Positions 1 to 9,845 of a stretch of DNA of 64,000 bases are shown piece after piece. Positions within the stretch are counted from its first letter, which is position 1; every line of letters begins with the position of its first letter. Origin of the DNA: Candidatus Binatia bacterium (GTDB taxonomy: Bacteria > Desulfobacterota > Binatia > UBA9968 > JAJDTQ01). The position numbers and the translations under genes were made by a program. The notes beneath the pieces are model-generated. The model was given only the letters and a program-made list of their open reading frames with translations, was not told the DNA's origin and made no database searches. The stretch is from positions 3,072,001-3,136,000 of the forward strand of contig OY762897.2 in NCBI GenBank assembly GCA_963666515.2. The letters are read 5' to 3'.

Positions 1-1007
1 GCGAGCCCCAGGAAACGCAGACAGTTCTCCGAGGCCACCCACTCCCGCTCCTCCTCTGTGAGCCCCAGCTCGTCGAACTCGTCCTCCGGTGACTGGTCCC
101 GGAACATGAACGGGTAGTCGGAGCCGATGACCACCTGGCTCGCGCCCACGGTGTCGATGAGGTAGCGCACCGTGCGGTTGTCGAAGAAGACGTCGTCGTA
201 GAAGAACATGCGGGCGTAGTCGGAGGGCTTCCGGGGCATCAGCGCCTGGAAGTTGGGGTTCTTGTGCCAGGCGTTCTCCAGGCGCGGCAGGAGTTGGGTG
301 AAGGTGCCGCCGCCGTGGCTGAAGCACAGCCTGAGCCCCGGGCAGGCTTCCATGAGTCCGCCGGTGATCATGCTGGCGATGCCCAGCGCGCCTTCCAGCG
401 GGAACGCGACGATGTTCTCGATGAACCGCGGCCCCGTCACCCGGTCCATGAAGGTGGCGTGCTGGGCGTGCACGAAGATGGGCAGGTCCAGCTCCTCCGC
501 GGCCTTGAAGAAGGGCAGGAACTCGGGCTCCCCCAGACTCTTGCCGTTGACGTTGCTGAGCACCTCGAGGCCGTGAAGGCCCAGGGACTTGACCCGCTCC
601 AGTTCCGCCGTCGCGAGGTCCACGTCCTGGAGCGGCACCGAACCCAGCGCGTAGAAGCGGTCCGGCGCTTGGTCCACCATGCGCATCTCGACCTCGTTCA
701 GGTAGCGCGCCAGGTCGAGCCCGTCCCGGGGCTCCAGCCGGTAGGCGAGCAACTCCGGCATGGGCGACAGCACCTGGCGGTCCACCGCGTAGTCCGGCGC
801 GGCCATCTCCCGCAGGCGCCGGGGCACCGACCAGCAGCGGTCCAGCACCGTGCGGAAATTCCGGCCCGCGATCATGACGTTGGCGGTGTCCGGTCCGGTG
901 TGGTCCATGGACGGCCAGCGGTCGCCCGCGGCGCGGTCCCCCACCGGAGGGAAGTGTTCGGGAACGATGTGGGTGTGTGCGTCGATGACCATGAGCGGTG
1001 CTCCCAT
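1..1007 (-). CDS. Amidohydrolase-2 family protein (ACMSD-like decarboxylase/hydratase), 3' end runs off the window
   Basis: Manual translation (absent from ORF track because it has no stop in the window): [16 protein letters not shown]...PIFVH...SHGGG...IGSDYPF...ENCLRFLGL. HxH metal motif and ACMSD-type motifs; alternative start at 992. Confidence 0.85.
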   Translation of the reverse strand, partial: MGAPLMVIDAHTHIVPEHFPPVGDRAAGDRWPSMDHTGPDTANVMIAGRNFRTVLDRCWSVPRRLREMAAPDYAVDRQVLSPMPELLAYRLEPRDGLDLARYLNEVEMRMVDQAPDRFYALGSVPLQDVDLATAELERVKSLGLHGLEVLSNVNGKSLGEPEFLPFFKAAEELDLPIFVHAQHATFMDRVTGPRFIENIVAFPLEGALGIASMITGGLMEACPGLRLCFSHGGGTFTQLLPRLENAWHKNPNFQALMPRKPSDYARMFFYDDVFFDNRTVRYLIDTVGASQVVIGSDYPFMFRDQSPEDEFDELGLTEEEREWVASENCLRFLGL

Positions 1008-1031
1008 ACGGAATTTGCGAGTCAACTCCGG

Positions 1032-2324
1032 TTACACGCTACTCGCCCGGGGCGGGGCCACGATGAACAGGCTCAGGAAACCGGAAATCACGAGCGTCAC
1101 GGCGAAGATAGTGAAAGGAACCGTGTAGCTGCCCGTCCAGTCGAAGAGAAAGCCGAAGAACGGAGGCCCTAGGGCCGCAAAACTGTGGGTCATGAGAATC
1201 CCCAGGCCCCGGATCTTGCCCATCGACAGACGACCGAATATCCGCGCCCACACAACGTCCTGCAACACCATGTTACCACCGAGCCCCACCCCGTAGAAGA
1301 AGAACCCGACATAGACGAGAGTCAGGGAACCGGAGGTGATGGCCACGGTCAGACCGGCGGCCTGAATCAGGAACTTGGCCAGAGTGCTCCAGCGTATGTC
1401 CACGCGGTCCGCGATGAGGCCCCAGACAAGCGGTGAGCCGAGCTGGGTGGAAGCAATGACGCTCAGAGCGCCGACGGCACGCAGATCCGAGTAACCGAGG
1501 TCGGTGACATAGGCGAACACGTGCAGATTGACGCCGGTGACGCCGACCGCGGACACGCCGAAAACCGCGACGATCAACCAGAAGGCCCGGGTCCGCAGAC
1601 CCGCCTTCCGGCTCCAGATGCGGGCCTCGCTTGCCGCGTACGGCTGCGACGGTGGGGCCCTCCCCCCGGTCACGGCCACGGGATTCAAACCGTCCGGATT
1701 GAGCCCCATGTCCTCAGGGGACCGCCGGATGTAGAACAGGGCGGGAGCGACGATCAGCACCAGGGTCAACACACCGAACACGGCCCAGGTATGACGCCAG
1801 CCCAGCCAGGCCAGCAGGGGCACGACCAGGAACGGCATGACGATCTTCGCGAAGCCGATGCCCATGCTGGAGACCGCGATGGCCCGGCCGCGTTTCCGGA
1901 CGAACCACCGGGCGATCATGATGTTGATCACCATGTAACCCAGCAAGGCGTCGCCCATCGTCACGAAAGTCCAGCGCACCAGCACGAACTGCCAGAAGTC
2001 CTCGACTTGGCTGAGGATGAAATAGCCCACGGCCGCCACCAACGCGCCCGCGGTTACGAGCCACCGGCTGCCGTGCCGGTCCACCAGCGGACCCACGAAC
2101 GGCGCCATGAAAGCACCGATGAGCCCCTCTCCCGAGCGCAGCAGCGAGAAGACGCCACGGGACACTCCCAAATCCAGCGTCATCGGTTTGAGGAAAATGC
2201 TCAGGGTGCTGGCAAGAGCGAACGAGGAGGTGACGTTGCCGATGAACCCGACGGCGACGATGTACCAGCCGTAGTAGACCCGGCTCGATGCGTGTGCACG
2301 ATGCGCTGAAACCGGCGTGACCAC
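1032..2324 (-). CDS. MFS transporter
   Basis: About 12 hydrophobic segments, YYGW N-terminus, motif A (GPLVDRHGSR), WFVRKRGRA. Confidence 0.9.
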   Translation of the reverse strand: MVTPVSAHRAHASSRVYYGWYIVAVGFIGNVTSSFALASTLSIFLKPMTLDLGVSRGVFSLLRSGEGLIGAFMAPFVGPLVDRHGSRWLVTAGALVAAVGYFILSQVEDFWQFVLVRWTFVTMGDALLGYMVINIMIARWFVRKRGRAIAVSSMGIGFAKIVMPFLVVPLLAWLGWRHTWAVFGVLTLVLIVAPALFYIRRSPEDMGLNPDGLNPVAVTGGRAPPSQPYAASEARIWSRKAGLRTRAFWLIVAVFGVSAVGVTGVNLHVFAYVTDLGYSDLRAVGALSVIASTQLGSPLVWGLIADRVDIRWSTLAKFLIQAAGLTVAITSGSLTLVYVGFFFYGVGLGGNMVLQDVVWARIFGRLSMGKIRGLGILMTHSFAALGPPFFGFLFDWTGSYTVPFTIFAVTLVISGFLSLFIVAPPRASSV

Positions 2325-2451
2325 CTGTCACGGGTAACAGGGTTCGCGGTGCATGGAAAGCGCGGCACCCGCGACCGTGCACGCGCAAATGGACGGGACG
2401 GCCGGTGTTTTGTTAGTTAGACTGTTGCAAACACGGCGACGACGCCTGCAA

Positions 2452-2480
2452 CCGTCATTCCGGCGGAAGCCGGAATCCAG
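2452..2480 (+). repeat. CGTC-type REP palindrome
   Basis: CCGTCATTCCGGCGGAAGCCGGAATCCAG; near-identical inverted copy at 20866-20894. Confidence 0.8.
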
Positions 2481-2502
2481 GCGGCAGGGAAAAGGAGAAA
2501 TC

Positions 2503-3414
2503 ATGCGCGTATTGATCACCGGCGCCGGACTTATCGGCTCCCACGTGGCCGCGGAACTGAGTTCACGCGGGGATGAGGTGACGTTCTTCGACGTGGTGGC
2601 CAAACCGGACTATGTCCGGCACGTCACCGGCAAGGACCTGCCGCTGATCCGCGGCGACATCTGCGACTTGGCGGCCCTGATGGACGCCTTTCTGACGGTG
2701 AGGCCCGATTGCGTCATCCACCTGGCCGCTTCCGTGGGCGAAAACAACATCCCCAACCTCTATACCGGCTTCCAGGTCAACCTGGTGGCTACCCTGAACG
2801 TCGCGGAAGCGGTGCGGCTCGCGGGCGTGCGGCGGCTGGTACACGCCAGCACCCAGGCGGTGTACCAGGACGCCGACCCTGGTGAGCTGCTGCGGGAAGA
2901 CTCGCCCCTGGACGGCCGCGGCCGGGTGTACAACGCCTCGAAGCTGGCCTGCGAGCACGTGCTCAGGACCTTCGCCGCCAGGCAGGCTTTCGAGCTGGTG
3001 ATGCTGCGCTTCGCCGGGGTGTACGGGTATCGGGCCGTGGCCGGCGGCCCGGGGGTGGCGGTGCAGGAGGCGGTCTGGGCCGCCATGGCCGGGGAAGATG
3101 CCGTGCTCAACGCCTACGAGACCGTGGACTTCGTCTATGTCAAGGACCTCGCCGACGGCATCGCCCGGGCCGTGCACACCGCGCCGCTGGCCCACGACAC
3201 CTACAACCTCGGCAGCGGCGCCCTCACCACCGTGGAGGATGTCGAGGCGGCGCTCCACGCCATCTTCCCGGACATCCGCCTGCGCCGGGGCACGCTCACG
3301 CCCAAGCGCCCGCAAATGGACATCACCCGGGCGCGGAACGAACTGGGATATGCGCCGGAGTACAAGCTGGAAGCGGGACTGCGCGACTACATCGCCGAAC
3401 TGAACCGCGAGTGA
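2503..3414 (+). CDS. NAD-dependent epimerase/dehydratase (extended SDR)
   Basis: [12 protein letters not shown] Rossmann motif, YNASK catalytic YxxxK, RBS AGGAG upstream of ATG 2503. Confidence 0.9.
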   Translation: MRVLITGAGLIGSHVAAELSSRGDEVTFFDVVAKPDYVRHVTGKDLPLIRGDICDLAALMDAFLTVRPDCVIHLAASVGENNIPNLYTGFQVNLVATLNVAEAVRLAGVRRLVHASTQAVYQDADPGELLREDSPLDGRGRVYNASKLACEHVLRTFAARQAFELVMLRFAGVYGYRAVAGGPGVAVQEAVWAAMAGEDAVLNAYETVDFVYVKDLADGIARAVHTAPLAHDTYNLGSGALTTVEDVEAALHAIFPDIRLRRGTLTPKRPQMDITRARNELGYAPEYKLEAGLRDYIAELNRE

Positions 3415-3450
3415 TGAGATAGCACCTGCACCCCGTCGGGACCGGCACCC

Positions 3451-3540
3451 CGTCACCCCGGACTTGATCCGGGGTCCAGAGTGGAGCCGCCTGGATTCCG
3501 GGTCAAGCCCGGAATGACGGAAAGCGTCACCCCGGACTTG
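3451..3540. repeat. BIME-like cluster of CGTC-type REPs between convergent genes
   Basis: CGTCACCCCGGACTTGATCCGGGGTCCAG, inverted partner CTGGATTCCGGGTCAAGCCCGGAATGACG, then a truncated third copy CGTCACCCCGGACTTG. Confidence 0.8.
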
Positions 3541-3565
3541 GGGAGTACGGGGGACTGGGGGCGTG

Positions 3566-5245
3566 CTACGCCACACGCCTTGAGGCCGCGGCCTCCGTCA
3601 GCGTGGTGGTCGGCGACACGTACTCCAGGTCCGTCAGCACCTCGATGAGCGCGGGGCCGGGGGCGGCAAGGGCCTGCTCCAGCGCCGGCAGGAACTCGTC
3701 GTCGCGGGTGACCTTGAGCCCCAGGGCGCCGTAGCCGTTTCCCAGGGCGGCGAAGTCGGGATTGACCAGGTCGGTGCCGTAGTTCCTGCCGGGGTACTGG
3801 GCCTCCTGGTCCATGCGGATGGTGCCGTAGGAGCCGTTGGCGTACACCATCACGATGATCTTCACCCCGTACTGGCGCGCGGTGGCGATTTCCTGTCCGG
3901 TCATCAGGAAGCCGCCGTCGCCCACGTGGGCGATGACGGTCCGTTCCGGATGGGCCAGCCTGGCGGCCACCGCGCCGGGCACCCCCGTGCCCATGCTGCC
4001 CAGGTTGGGGACGATGTAGGAATCGGCGTGGTCGAATTCGAGGTAGCGCTGCACCCAGCCCCCGAAGCTCCCGGCGTCGTGGGTGTGGATGGTGTCCGGC
4101 GGTACGGTGGCCTTGATGTCCGCCATCACCCGCTCCATGGACACCGCGCCGGTGGGGCGCTCCGGTGGGGTGGCGTAGGCCCGTTGCCGGGCGTGATAGT
4201 CGGCGATCCAGGCGGCGCGAGCCTCGTTGGGGCCGGCGCCGTCGCGTTCCAGCGCCGCGGCCAGGGCCTTGCGCGGGTCGGCCAGCACGGCCATGTCCGG
4301 GCTGAAGTTCTGGCCGATGTTGCCGGCGTCGGCGTCGATCTGAATCGTCGCCAGTCCCGGATGGGGCAGCGTGTAGTTGCCGGACACCTGCTGGTTGAAC
4401 CGGCACCCGACGATCAGCAACAGGTCGGCGTCGTCGCGCACGATCTGCTTGGCGTGGTTGTTGCGGCTGCCGAGGTTGCCGACGTAGTGGGGATGGGTGT
4501 TGGGGAACACGTCCTGGCGCTTGAAGGCGCTCAGCACCGGCATCTGGAACTTCTCGGCAAAGGCCACCAACTCGTCCCGGGCGCGCGCGTATTGAGTGCC
4601 TGAGCCCGCCAGCAGCACCGGCCTTTCCGCCCGGTTCACGCGCTCCACCATTTCGCGGATCAGTTGCGGATCCGGACCCGGCCGGACCGCAGGATAAGGA
4701 CCCACCATGGCGATGTCCGCCTCTTCCTCCAGCATGTCCCGGGGCAGGGACACCACCACCGGACCCGGCCGTCCCGAGCGCGCCACATGGAACGCCCGCG
4801 CCATGATGCGGGGCGCCTCGCGCGGGTCGTTGATCTCGATGACCCACTTGGCGATGCTGCCGAAGAAATGGGTGTAGTCGATCTCCTGGCCGGCCTCCCG
4901 GCCGCGGTGCGACCGCGCCACTTGGCCGATGAGCAGGATCAACGGAGTCGAGTCGTACCTGGCAAGGTGCACCCCGATGCTGGCGTTGGTGGCGCCGGGA
5001 CCGCGCGTGACCATGCACACGCCCGGCGTGCGGGTGGTCTTGCCGTAGGCCTCAGCCATGAGGCAGGCGCTGCCCTCGTGGCGGTTGGTGATGAGGGTGA
5101 TCTCCGGGACGTCCCGCAACCCGTCCAGCAGGGCGATGTAGCTCTCCCCCGGCACGGAGAAGGCGTGACGCACCCCTTCGTTGCGCAGCGACCGCGCCAC
5201 CGCGTGGCCTCCCGACATCCTGCGGCTCTGCTGATCGACGCTCAC
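3566..5245 (-). CDS. Thiamine pyrophosphate-dependent enzyme (acetolactate synthase large subunit-like)
   Basis: VPGESY, RHEGSA, TRGPGATN, GRPGPV and TPP motif GDGGFLM...N. Confidence 0.9.
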   Translation of the reverse strand: MSVDQQSRRMSGGHAVARSLRNEGVRHAFSVPGESYIALLDGLRDVPEITLITNRHEGSACLMAEAYGKTTRTPGVCMVTRGPGATNASIGVHLARYDSTPLILLIGQVARSHRGREAGQEIDYTHFFGSIAKWVIEINDPREAPRIMARAFHVARSGRPGPVVVSLPRDMLEEEADIAMVGPYPAVRPGPDPQLIREMVERVNRAERPVLLAGSGTQYARARDELVAFAEKFQMPVLSAFKRQDVFPNTHPHYVGNLGSRNNHAKQIVRDDADLLLIVGCRFNQQVSGNYTLPHPGLATIQIDADAGNIGQNFSPDMAVLADPRKALAAALERDGAGPNEARAAWIADYHARQRAYATPPERPTGAVSMERVMADIKATVPPDTIHTHDAGSFGGWVQRYLEFDHADSYIVPNLGSMGTGVPGAVAARLAHPERTVIAHVGDGGFLMTGQEIATARQYGVKIIVMVYANGSYGTIRMDQEAQYPGRNYGTDLVNPDFAALGNGYGALGLKVTRDDEFLPALEQALAAPGPALIEVLTDLEYVSPTTTLTEAAASRRVA

Positions 5246-5305
5246 CGGTTCACCCCCGACCCTTCGCAGAGTTCATGGCCGTCCTCCTTGTCGTGTCGTC
5301 ACGCG

Positions 5306-5340
5306 TTGAATCCCCTAACGCATTTGTTGTCATGGGGCAA
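5306..5340 (-). promoter_or_regulatory. 35-bp conserved upstream element, copy 1
   Basis: TTGAATCCCCTAACGCATTTGTTGTCATGGGGCAA; 29/35 identical to 10888-10922; lies upstream of an RBS+ATG stub on the minus strand. Function inferred. Confidence 0.55.
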
Positions 5341-5427
5341 GGCGGGGTGGCTGAGACGGGCTTCCGTTGACTGTGGCGGTGTTTTCCAATATCAACAATC
5401 AAGTCCGTCCATATCAATTCGAACCCT

Positions 5428-7716
5428 ATGAACTCCGCCTTTCTGGACCGCTACATCGAGTTCACGTTGCGCCGGCGATGGCTGGTCCTGGCGTCGTCGG
5501 TGGCGGTGATGCTGGTCCTGACGGCCGGCCTCCAGTTCCTCGACATCTCCAACGACTGGCGCGACATGCTCGACGAGGACAATCCTCAACTCGTCGCATA
5601 CGACGCCCTGGAGGACACCTACACGGCCACCAATGCGGCGGTGATCGCGGTGGCGCCCAAGGGCGGGTCGGTATTCACCCGCGAGGCCCTCGGAGCCATC
5701 GAGGAGCTGACGGAGGCCGCGTGGGAGGTGCCCTTTTCCAGCCGGGTCGACTCCCTTGTCAACTACAACCACAGTGAGGCGGTCGAGGACGACCTGAACG
5801 TCGAACGGCTCGTGGACGACGCCGCATCGCTCAGCGATGAAGACCTCGCGCGGATCAAGAAGATCGCGTTGGGCGAGCCCAGCGTCGCCGGCCGTCTCGT
5901 CTCCCACGACGGGCGCGTTGCCGGACTGGTGATCAACTTTACCTTGCCCGAGCATTCGGACGCCGCGGAGATCGAGACCTACCACTATCTCCGCGGCCTC
6001 CTGGACAAGGCCCGGGCCGCCCACCCGGATATCGACTATCACGTGACCGGCAACGTCTTCGTGAACCAAGTCCTGACGGAGGCGGCCCAGGACGACATGG
6101 GAATTCTAGCGCCCGCCGCCTTCCTGGTCATCATCCTGGTCGGCGCCTTCCTGCTGCGCTCCCTGTCCGGCACACTGTGCATCGTCATTCTGCTCATCTT
6201 CGTGGTCGCGTCCACCATGGGCGTCATCGGCTGGGCCGGATTGCTGCTCAACGCCGCCAACTCCGGCATTCCCCTCATCATCATGACCCTGGCCATCTGC
6301 GACTCGGTCCACATCATCGGGACCATCAACTCCGGCATGGGCCGGGGTCTGGACCGGGACGCGGCGATTGCCGAATCGCTGCGGGACAACGCATGGCCCA
6401 TCTTCCTCACGACGGCCACGACGATGATCGGGTTCCTCAGCATGAACGCTTCGGACTCGCCGCCCTTTCGGATCCTCGGCAACCTGGTGGCGGTCGGCAT
6501 GCTGTTCGCCTACGTGTATTCCATGACGCTTCTGCCCGCGCTGCTGGCGGTGCTGCCGTTGCGCGGGCGCGCCGCGCGCGCCGGGGGTTCCGCCTTCTTC
6601 GACCGCCTCGGCGCCTTCGTGGTGGCGCGCCGCACGCTCCTGCTCTGGTCCGTGGCCGCAGTGGCGGTCGCCCTGGTGGCCGGCGTGCCCCGCGTCGAGC
6701 TGACGGACAACTGGACCACCCATCTGGACAAGCGTTACGAGTTCCGGCGCGACACCGACTTCGTCATCGAGAACCTGACCGGCGTGGAAACGCTGGAGTA
6801 CAGCCTGGACGCCGGGCGCGACGGCGGCATCACCGATCCCGACTATCTGCGCAAGGTCGACGCTTTCGCCGAATGGTACCGCGCCCAGCCGGAAGTGGCG
6901 CACGTCCAGGTGTTCTCGGACATCATGAAGCGCCTCAACAAGAACATGCACGGCGACGATCCGGCCTTCTACCGGGTGCCCGAAGACTCCCGGCTCGCCG
7001 CGCAGTACCTGCTGCTCTACGAGCTTTCGGTCCCCTTCGGCATGGACCTCAACAACCGCATCAACGTCGCCAAGTCGGCGACGCGCATGACCGTCACGCT
7101 CGCGAGGCTTAAGTCCGAGGAGCTGCGCGCGCTCGAAGTGCGCGGTCAGGACTGGCTCCGCGCCAACGCGCCCGACCTGGCGCGCGAGGCTTCGGGCTAC
7201 AGCCTCGTCTTCGCCCACCTGGCCATACGGAACACCCTGAGCATGTTGTGGGGCACGGTGACCGGCATGATCGTCATCTCGCTCATCCTCATCGGGATCT
7301 TCAGAAGCGTGCGCTTCGGCCTCATGAGCCTCGTGCCCAACCTCATCCCCTCGGCCATGGCCTTCGGCGTCTGGGGCTATCTGTACAGCGAGGTTGGGCC
7401 GGCCGGTTCCCTCGTCACCGCCATCGCCTTCGGCACCGTCGTCGACGACACGATCCACATCATGGCCAAGTACCTGAAGGCGCGTCGCGACGGCCTTCCC
7501 TCGCCCGAAGCGGTGCGCTACAGCTTCAATTCCGTAGGGGGCGCGTGCTTCACCACGACCATGATGCTGGTGCTGGGCTTCCTGGTATTCGCTACTTCGG
7601 GATTCGCCATCAGTTGGATGCTCGGCCTCCTGGTCGCGCTCACGCTCGGCTTCGCGCTGTTCCTCGATCTTCTGCTCCTGCCGCCCTTGCTGATGGCCAT
7701 CGACCGGAAGACCTGA
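5428..7716 (+). CDS. MMPL/RND-family lipid transporter (HpnN/BstA-like superfamily)
   Basis: Two repeats of TM + large periplasmic loop + 5 TM; TM4/TM10 motifs LAICDSVH and GTVVDDTIH. Confidence 0.9.
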   Translation: MNSAFLDRYIEFTLRRRWLVLASSVAVMLVLTAGLQFLDISNDWRDMLDEDNPQLVAYDALEDTYTATNAAVIAVAPKGGSVFTREALGAIEELTEAAWEVPFSSRVDSLVNYNHSEAVEDDLNVERLVDDAASLSDEDLARIKKIALGEPSVAGRLVSHDGRVAGLVINFTLPEHSDAAEIETYHYLRGLLDKARAAHPDIDYHVTGNVFVNQVLTEAAQDDMGILAPAAFLVIILVGAFLLRSLSGTLCIVILLIFVVASTMGVIGWAGLLLNAANSGIPLIIMTLAICDSVHIIGTINSGMGRGLDRDAAIAESLRDNAWPIFLTTATTMIGFLSMNASDSPPFRILGNLVAVGMLFAYVYSMTLLPALLAVLPLRGRAARAGGSAFFDRLGAFVVARRTLLLWSVAAVAVALVAGVPRVELTDNWTTHLDKRYEFRRDTDFVIENLTGVETLEYSLDAGRDGGITDPDYLRKVDAFAEWYRAQPEVAHVQVFSDIMKRLNKNMHGDDPAFYRVPEDSRLAAQYLLLYELSVPFGMDLNNRINVAKSATRMTVTLARLKSEELRALEVRGQDWLRANAPDLAREASGYSLVFAHLAIRNTLSMLWGTVTGMIVISLILIGIFRSVRFGLMSLVPNLIPSAMAFGVWGYLYSEVGPAGSLVTAIAFGTVVDDTIHIMAKYLKARRDGLPSPEAVRYSFNSVGGACFTTTMMLVLGFLVFATSGFAISWMLGLLVALTLGFALFLDLLLLPPLLMAIDRKT

Positions 7717-7809
7717 CTTCCCTTTCCCGACCCGTTGAAATGCAGTAGTCTTTAGGTAGTCGGCCCGAGTAGCCCCAAGCTACTTGCATGACGTACGGAG
7801 GTGAGGCTG

Positions 7810-9840
7810 ATGGCCCAATCGATGGCGCCCATGGCAAGTCCGCCGACGCTGACTTTGTCCGAAGAACTCATCCTGATGCTCCTGGACGAAGAGACCGGCT
7901 ACTTTCGCCAGGTGCCCGGGTGGAATCTGAACTGCGTGGTCGTCGGCGCCGTGCTTGCGGAACTCTCGCTCCGGTCCCGCATCGACACGGATCTGGAGTC
8001 CCTGACTCTTGAGGACCGGACGGAAACGGGGGACCCTGTCCTGGATTCCGTCCTGAAGGAAATCGCCGGCGAGCCGGAACGACGGAACGCGCGGTACTGG
8101 ATAGAACGGCTCGCTTCCCGCGCGGACGACATCATTGACCAACGTCTGGATCAACTGGTTGATCTGAAGATCCTCGTCCATCACCCCGGCGACTTCTGGA
8201 CGGTGTCTCCCACTGCCTGGCACGTGGGAGCGGACACCGGCTCCGGCGAAAGCACCGTCGTCGAGTACGTCAAGACGCGTATCAGCAGGATCATCTTCAG
8301 CAATGAGATCCCCGAGCCCTGGGACATCATCATCATCTGCCTGCTCGAGACCTGCGACATCACGCGCTTCATATTCCAACTGGATGACGAAACAGAGAAG
8401 CGTATCGAACTGATCTGCAAGATGGACCTGATCGGCCGGTCCATCGCCGATGCGGTCGCCGACAACATGGCCGGCCCGATGCTTCAGCGTCCCGCATTGA
8501 CCAAGACCATTCCGACCGTCCCCCTGCGTCACGTCATCTTCAGCCGTCACCTTCGCAGCGGCAACCTTCCGGCTCTCTTTGCCGAACTCGCAGAGAAGCA
8601 TGGTCCCGTATTCCGGATTCGCCCGCCGTTTGCGGAGCCCATGATCTTTCTGGCCGGACCACGGACAAATCGCTGGGCGCATCGGCACGGACGCATGTAC
8701 CTGAGAGCGAGGGACTACCTGGAGGACTTCGAGAAAGTCTACGGCGCTTCCGGAATACTGCCTGCGCTGGATGGCACGGATCATTTCCGATTTCGGAAAT
8801 CCATGCACCAGGCCTACTCTCGCGGGCGGCTGGCAGGGCGGCTGGATGATCTCTTCAGACACGGCCGAGCCCATATGGCAGGTTGGAAGGTGGGAGACTC
8901 ACTCCCCGCGGTGAAAATGACCCGGCGGTTGAGCAACGCTTCCATCTCTCCGCTCTTCAACAGTGTCGATTCGCAGGATCTTGTCGACGGCATGATCGAG
9001 TACAAGGAACGGGCGCTCTGCACTCACCTCATAAAAGTCCTGCCCAAGTTCATGCTTCATACCCCGGGGATGAAGCGCCGGGCGACCAACATCCAGGAGG
9101 TGCTGGACCGGGTCCAACGCATACATACACCCGCCCAGCGGGCCGGATGTCCTCGGGATTTCGCGGATGACCTGTTGAGCCTGCACAAGAGCGATCCGCA
9201 GTTTCTCCCGGAGTCGAATCTGCGTTTCGCCCTTTCGGCGCCGCTGATTGCCAGCATGTACGTGGGCGACATGCTTGGCTTCGCGTTCTACGCCATGGCG
9301 ACTCAGCCCGGGATGTACGAGAGAATCCGAAGCGAAGCCGATGCCGTCTTCGACAACGGCGACCCGGACAGCGACGCGTTCGACCCCTCCGTGATCGACG
9401 TCACCCGCCGATTCGTGATGGAGGTTGCGCGTCTTTACCCCATCGTCCCGGTGTCGGTTCGAACCGTGATGAATTCGTGCGTTGTCGAGGGCTACGAACT
9501 GCCGGAGGGATCACGGACCTTTATTGCCCAGTCGGCCGCGCACTACATGAGCGACGTCTTCCCCGAACCCTTTTCGTTCGACATCGACCGCTATCTTCCT
9601 TCGCGCAAGGAGCATGTCAATCCCGGATACGCCCCGTTCGGGGTGGGCACGCACACGTGCCTCGGACAAGCGTGGGTAGAACTGTTCATGGCTGCCCACG
9701 TGCTGCTTCTCGCGCATCACTTCACGATCAAGGTGCTTCCCGAGAACCACAGGCTCAAGATCGCCCCGTTCCCCTCGCTGTCTCTGAGCAAGAAGTTCAA
9801 GTTCCACGTCACCGAAAAGAGGCGCGAGATACCTGTCTGA
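7810..9840 (+). CDS. GPP34 (GOLPH3/Vps74-like) domain fused to cytochrome P450
   Basis: N-terminal about 220 aa LTLSEELILMLLDEETG..GAVLAELSLRSRI..TGDPVLD typical of GPP34; C-terminal P450 with EVAR (ExxR), FPEPFSFDIDRY and heme motif FGVGTHTCLG. GGAGG/GAGG RBS precedes ATG 7810. Confidence 0.85.
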   Translation: MAQSMAPMASPPTLTLSEELILMLLDEETGYFRQVPGWNLNCVVVGAVLAELSLRSRIDTDLESLTLEDRTETGDPVLDSVLKEIAGEPERRNARYWIERLASRADDIIDQRLDQLVDLKILVHHPGDFWTVSPTAWHVGADTGSGESTVVEYVKTRISRIIFSNEIPEPWDIIIICLLETCDITRFIFQLDDETEKRIELICKMDLIGRSIADAVADNMAGPMLQRPALTKTIPTVPLRHVIFSRHLRSGNLPALFAELAEKHGPVFRIRPPFAEPMIFLAGPRTNRWAHRHGRMYLRARDYLEDFEKVYGASGILPALDGTDHFRFRKSMHQAYSRGRLAGRLDDLFRHGRAHMAGWKVGDSLPAVKMTRRLSNASISPLFNSVDSQDLVDGMIEYKERALCTHLIKVLPKFMLHTPGMKRRATNIQEVLDRVQRIHTPAQRAGCPRDFADDLLSLHKSDPQFLPESNLRFALSAPLIASMYVGDMLGFAFYAMATQPGMYERIRSEADAVFDNGDPDSDAFDPSVIDVTRRFVMEVARLYPIVPVSVRTVMNSCVVEGYELPEGSRTFIAQSAAHYMSDVFPEPFSFDIDRYLPSRKEHVNPGYAPFGVGTHTCLGQAWVELFMAAHVLLLAHHFTIKVLPENHRLKIAPFPSLSLSKKFKFHVTEKRREIPV

Positions 9841-9845
9841 CGGTT

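Noticed and set aside
264-1172. 302-aa plus-strand ORF and other ORF-track calls at the window start
   Set aside because: Antisense shadows of the minus-strand amidohydrolase, which has clear family motifs.
2353-2502. N-terminal extension of the epimerase ORF
   Set aside because: Runs through a REP element; RBS and Rossmann motif support ATG 2503.
7785-7795. TTGCATGACGT shared with the SMT start region (10875-10885)
   Set aside because: Only 11 bp, one copy overlaps coding sequence and orientation relative to the genes differs; likely chance.
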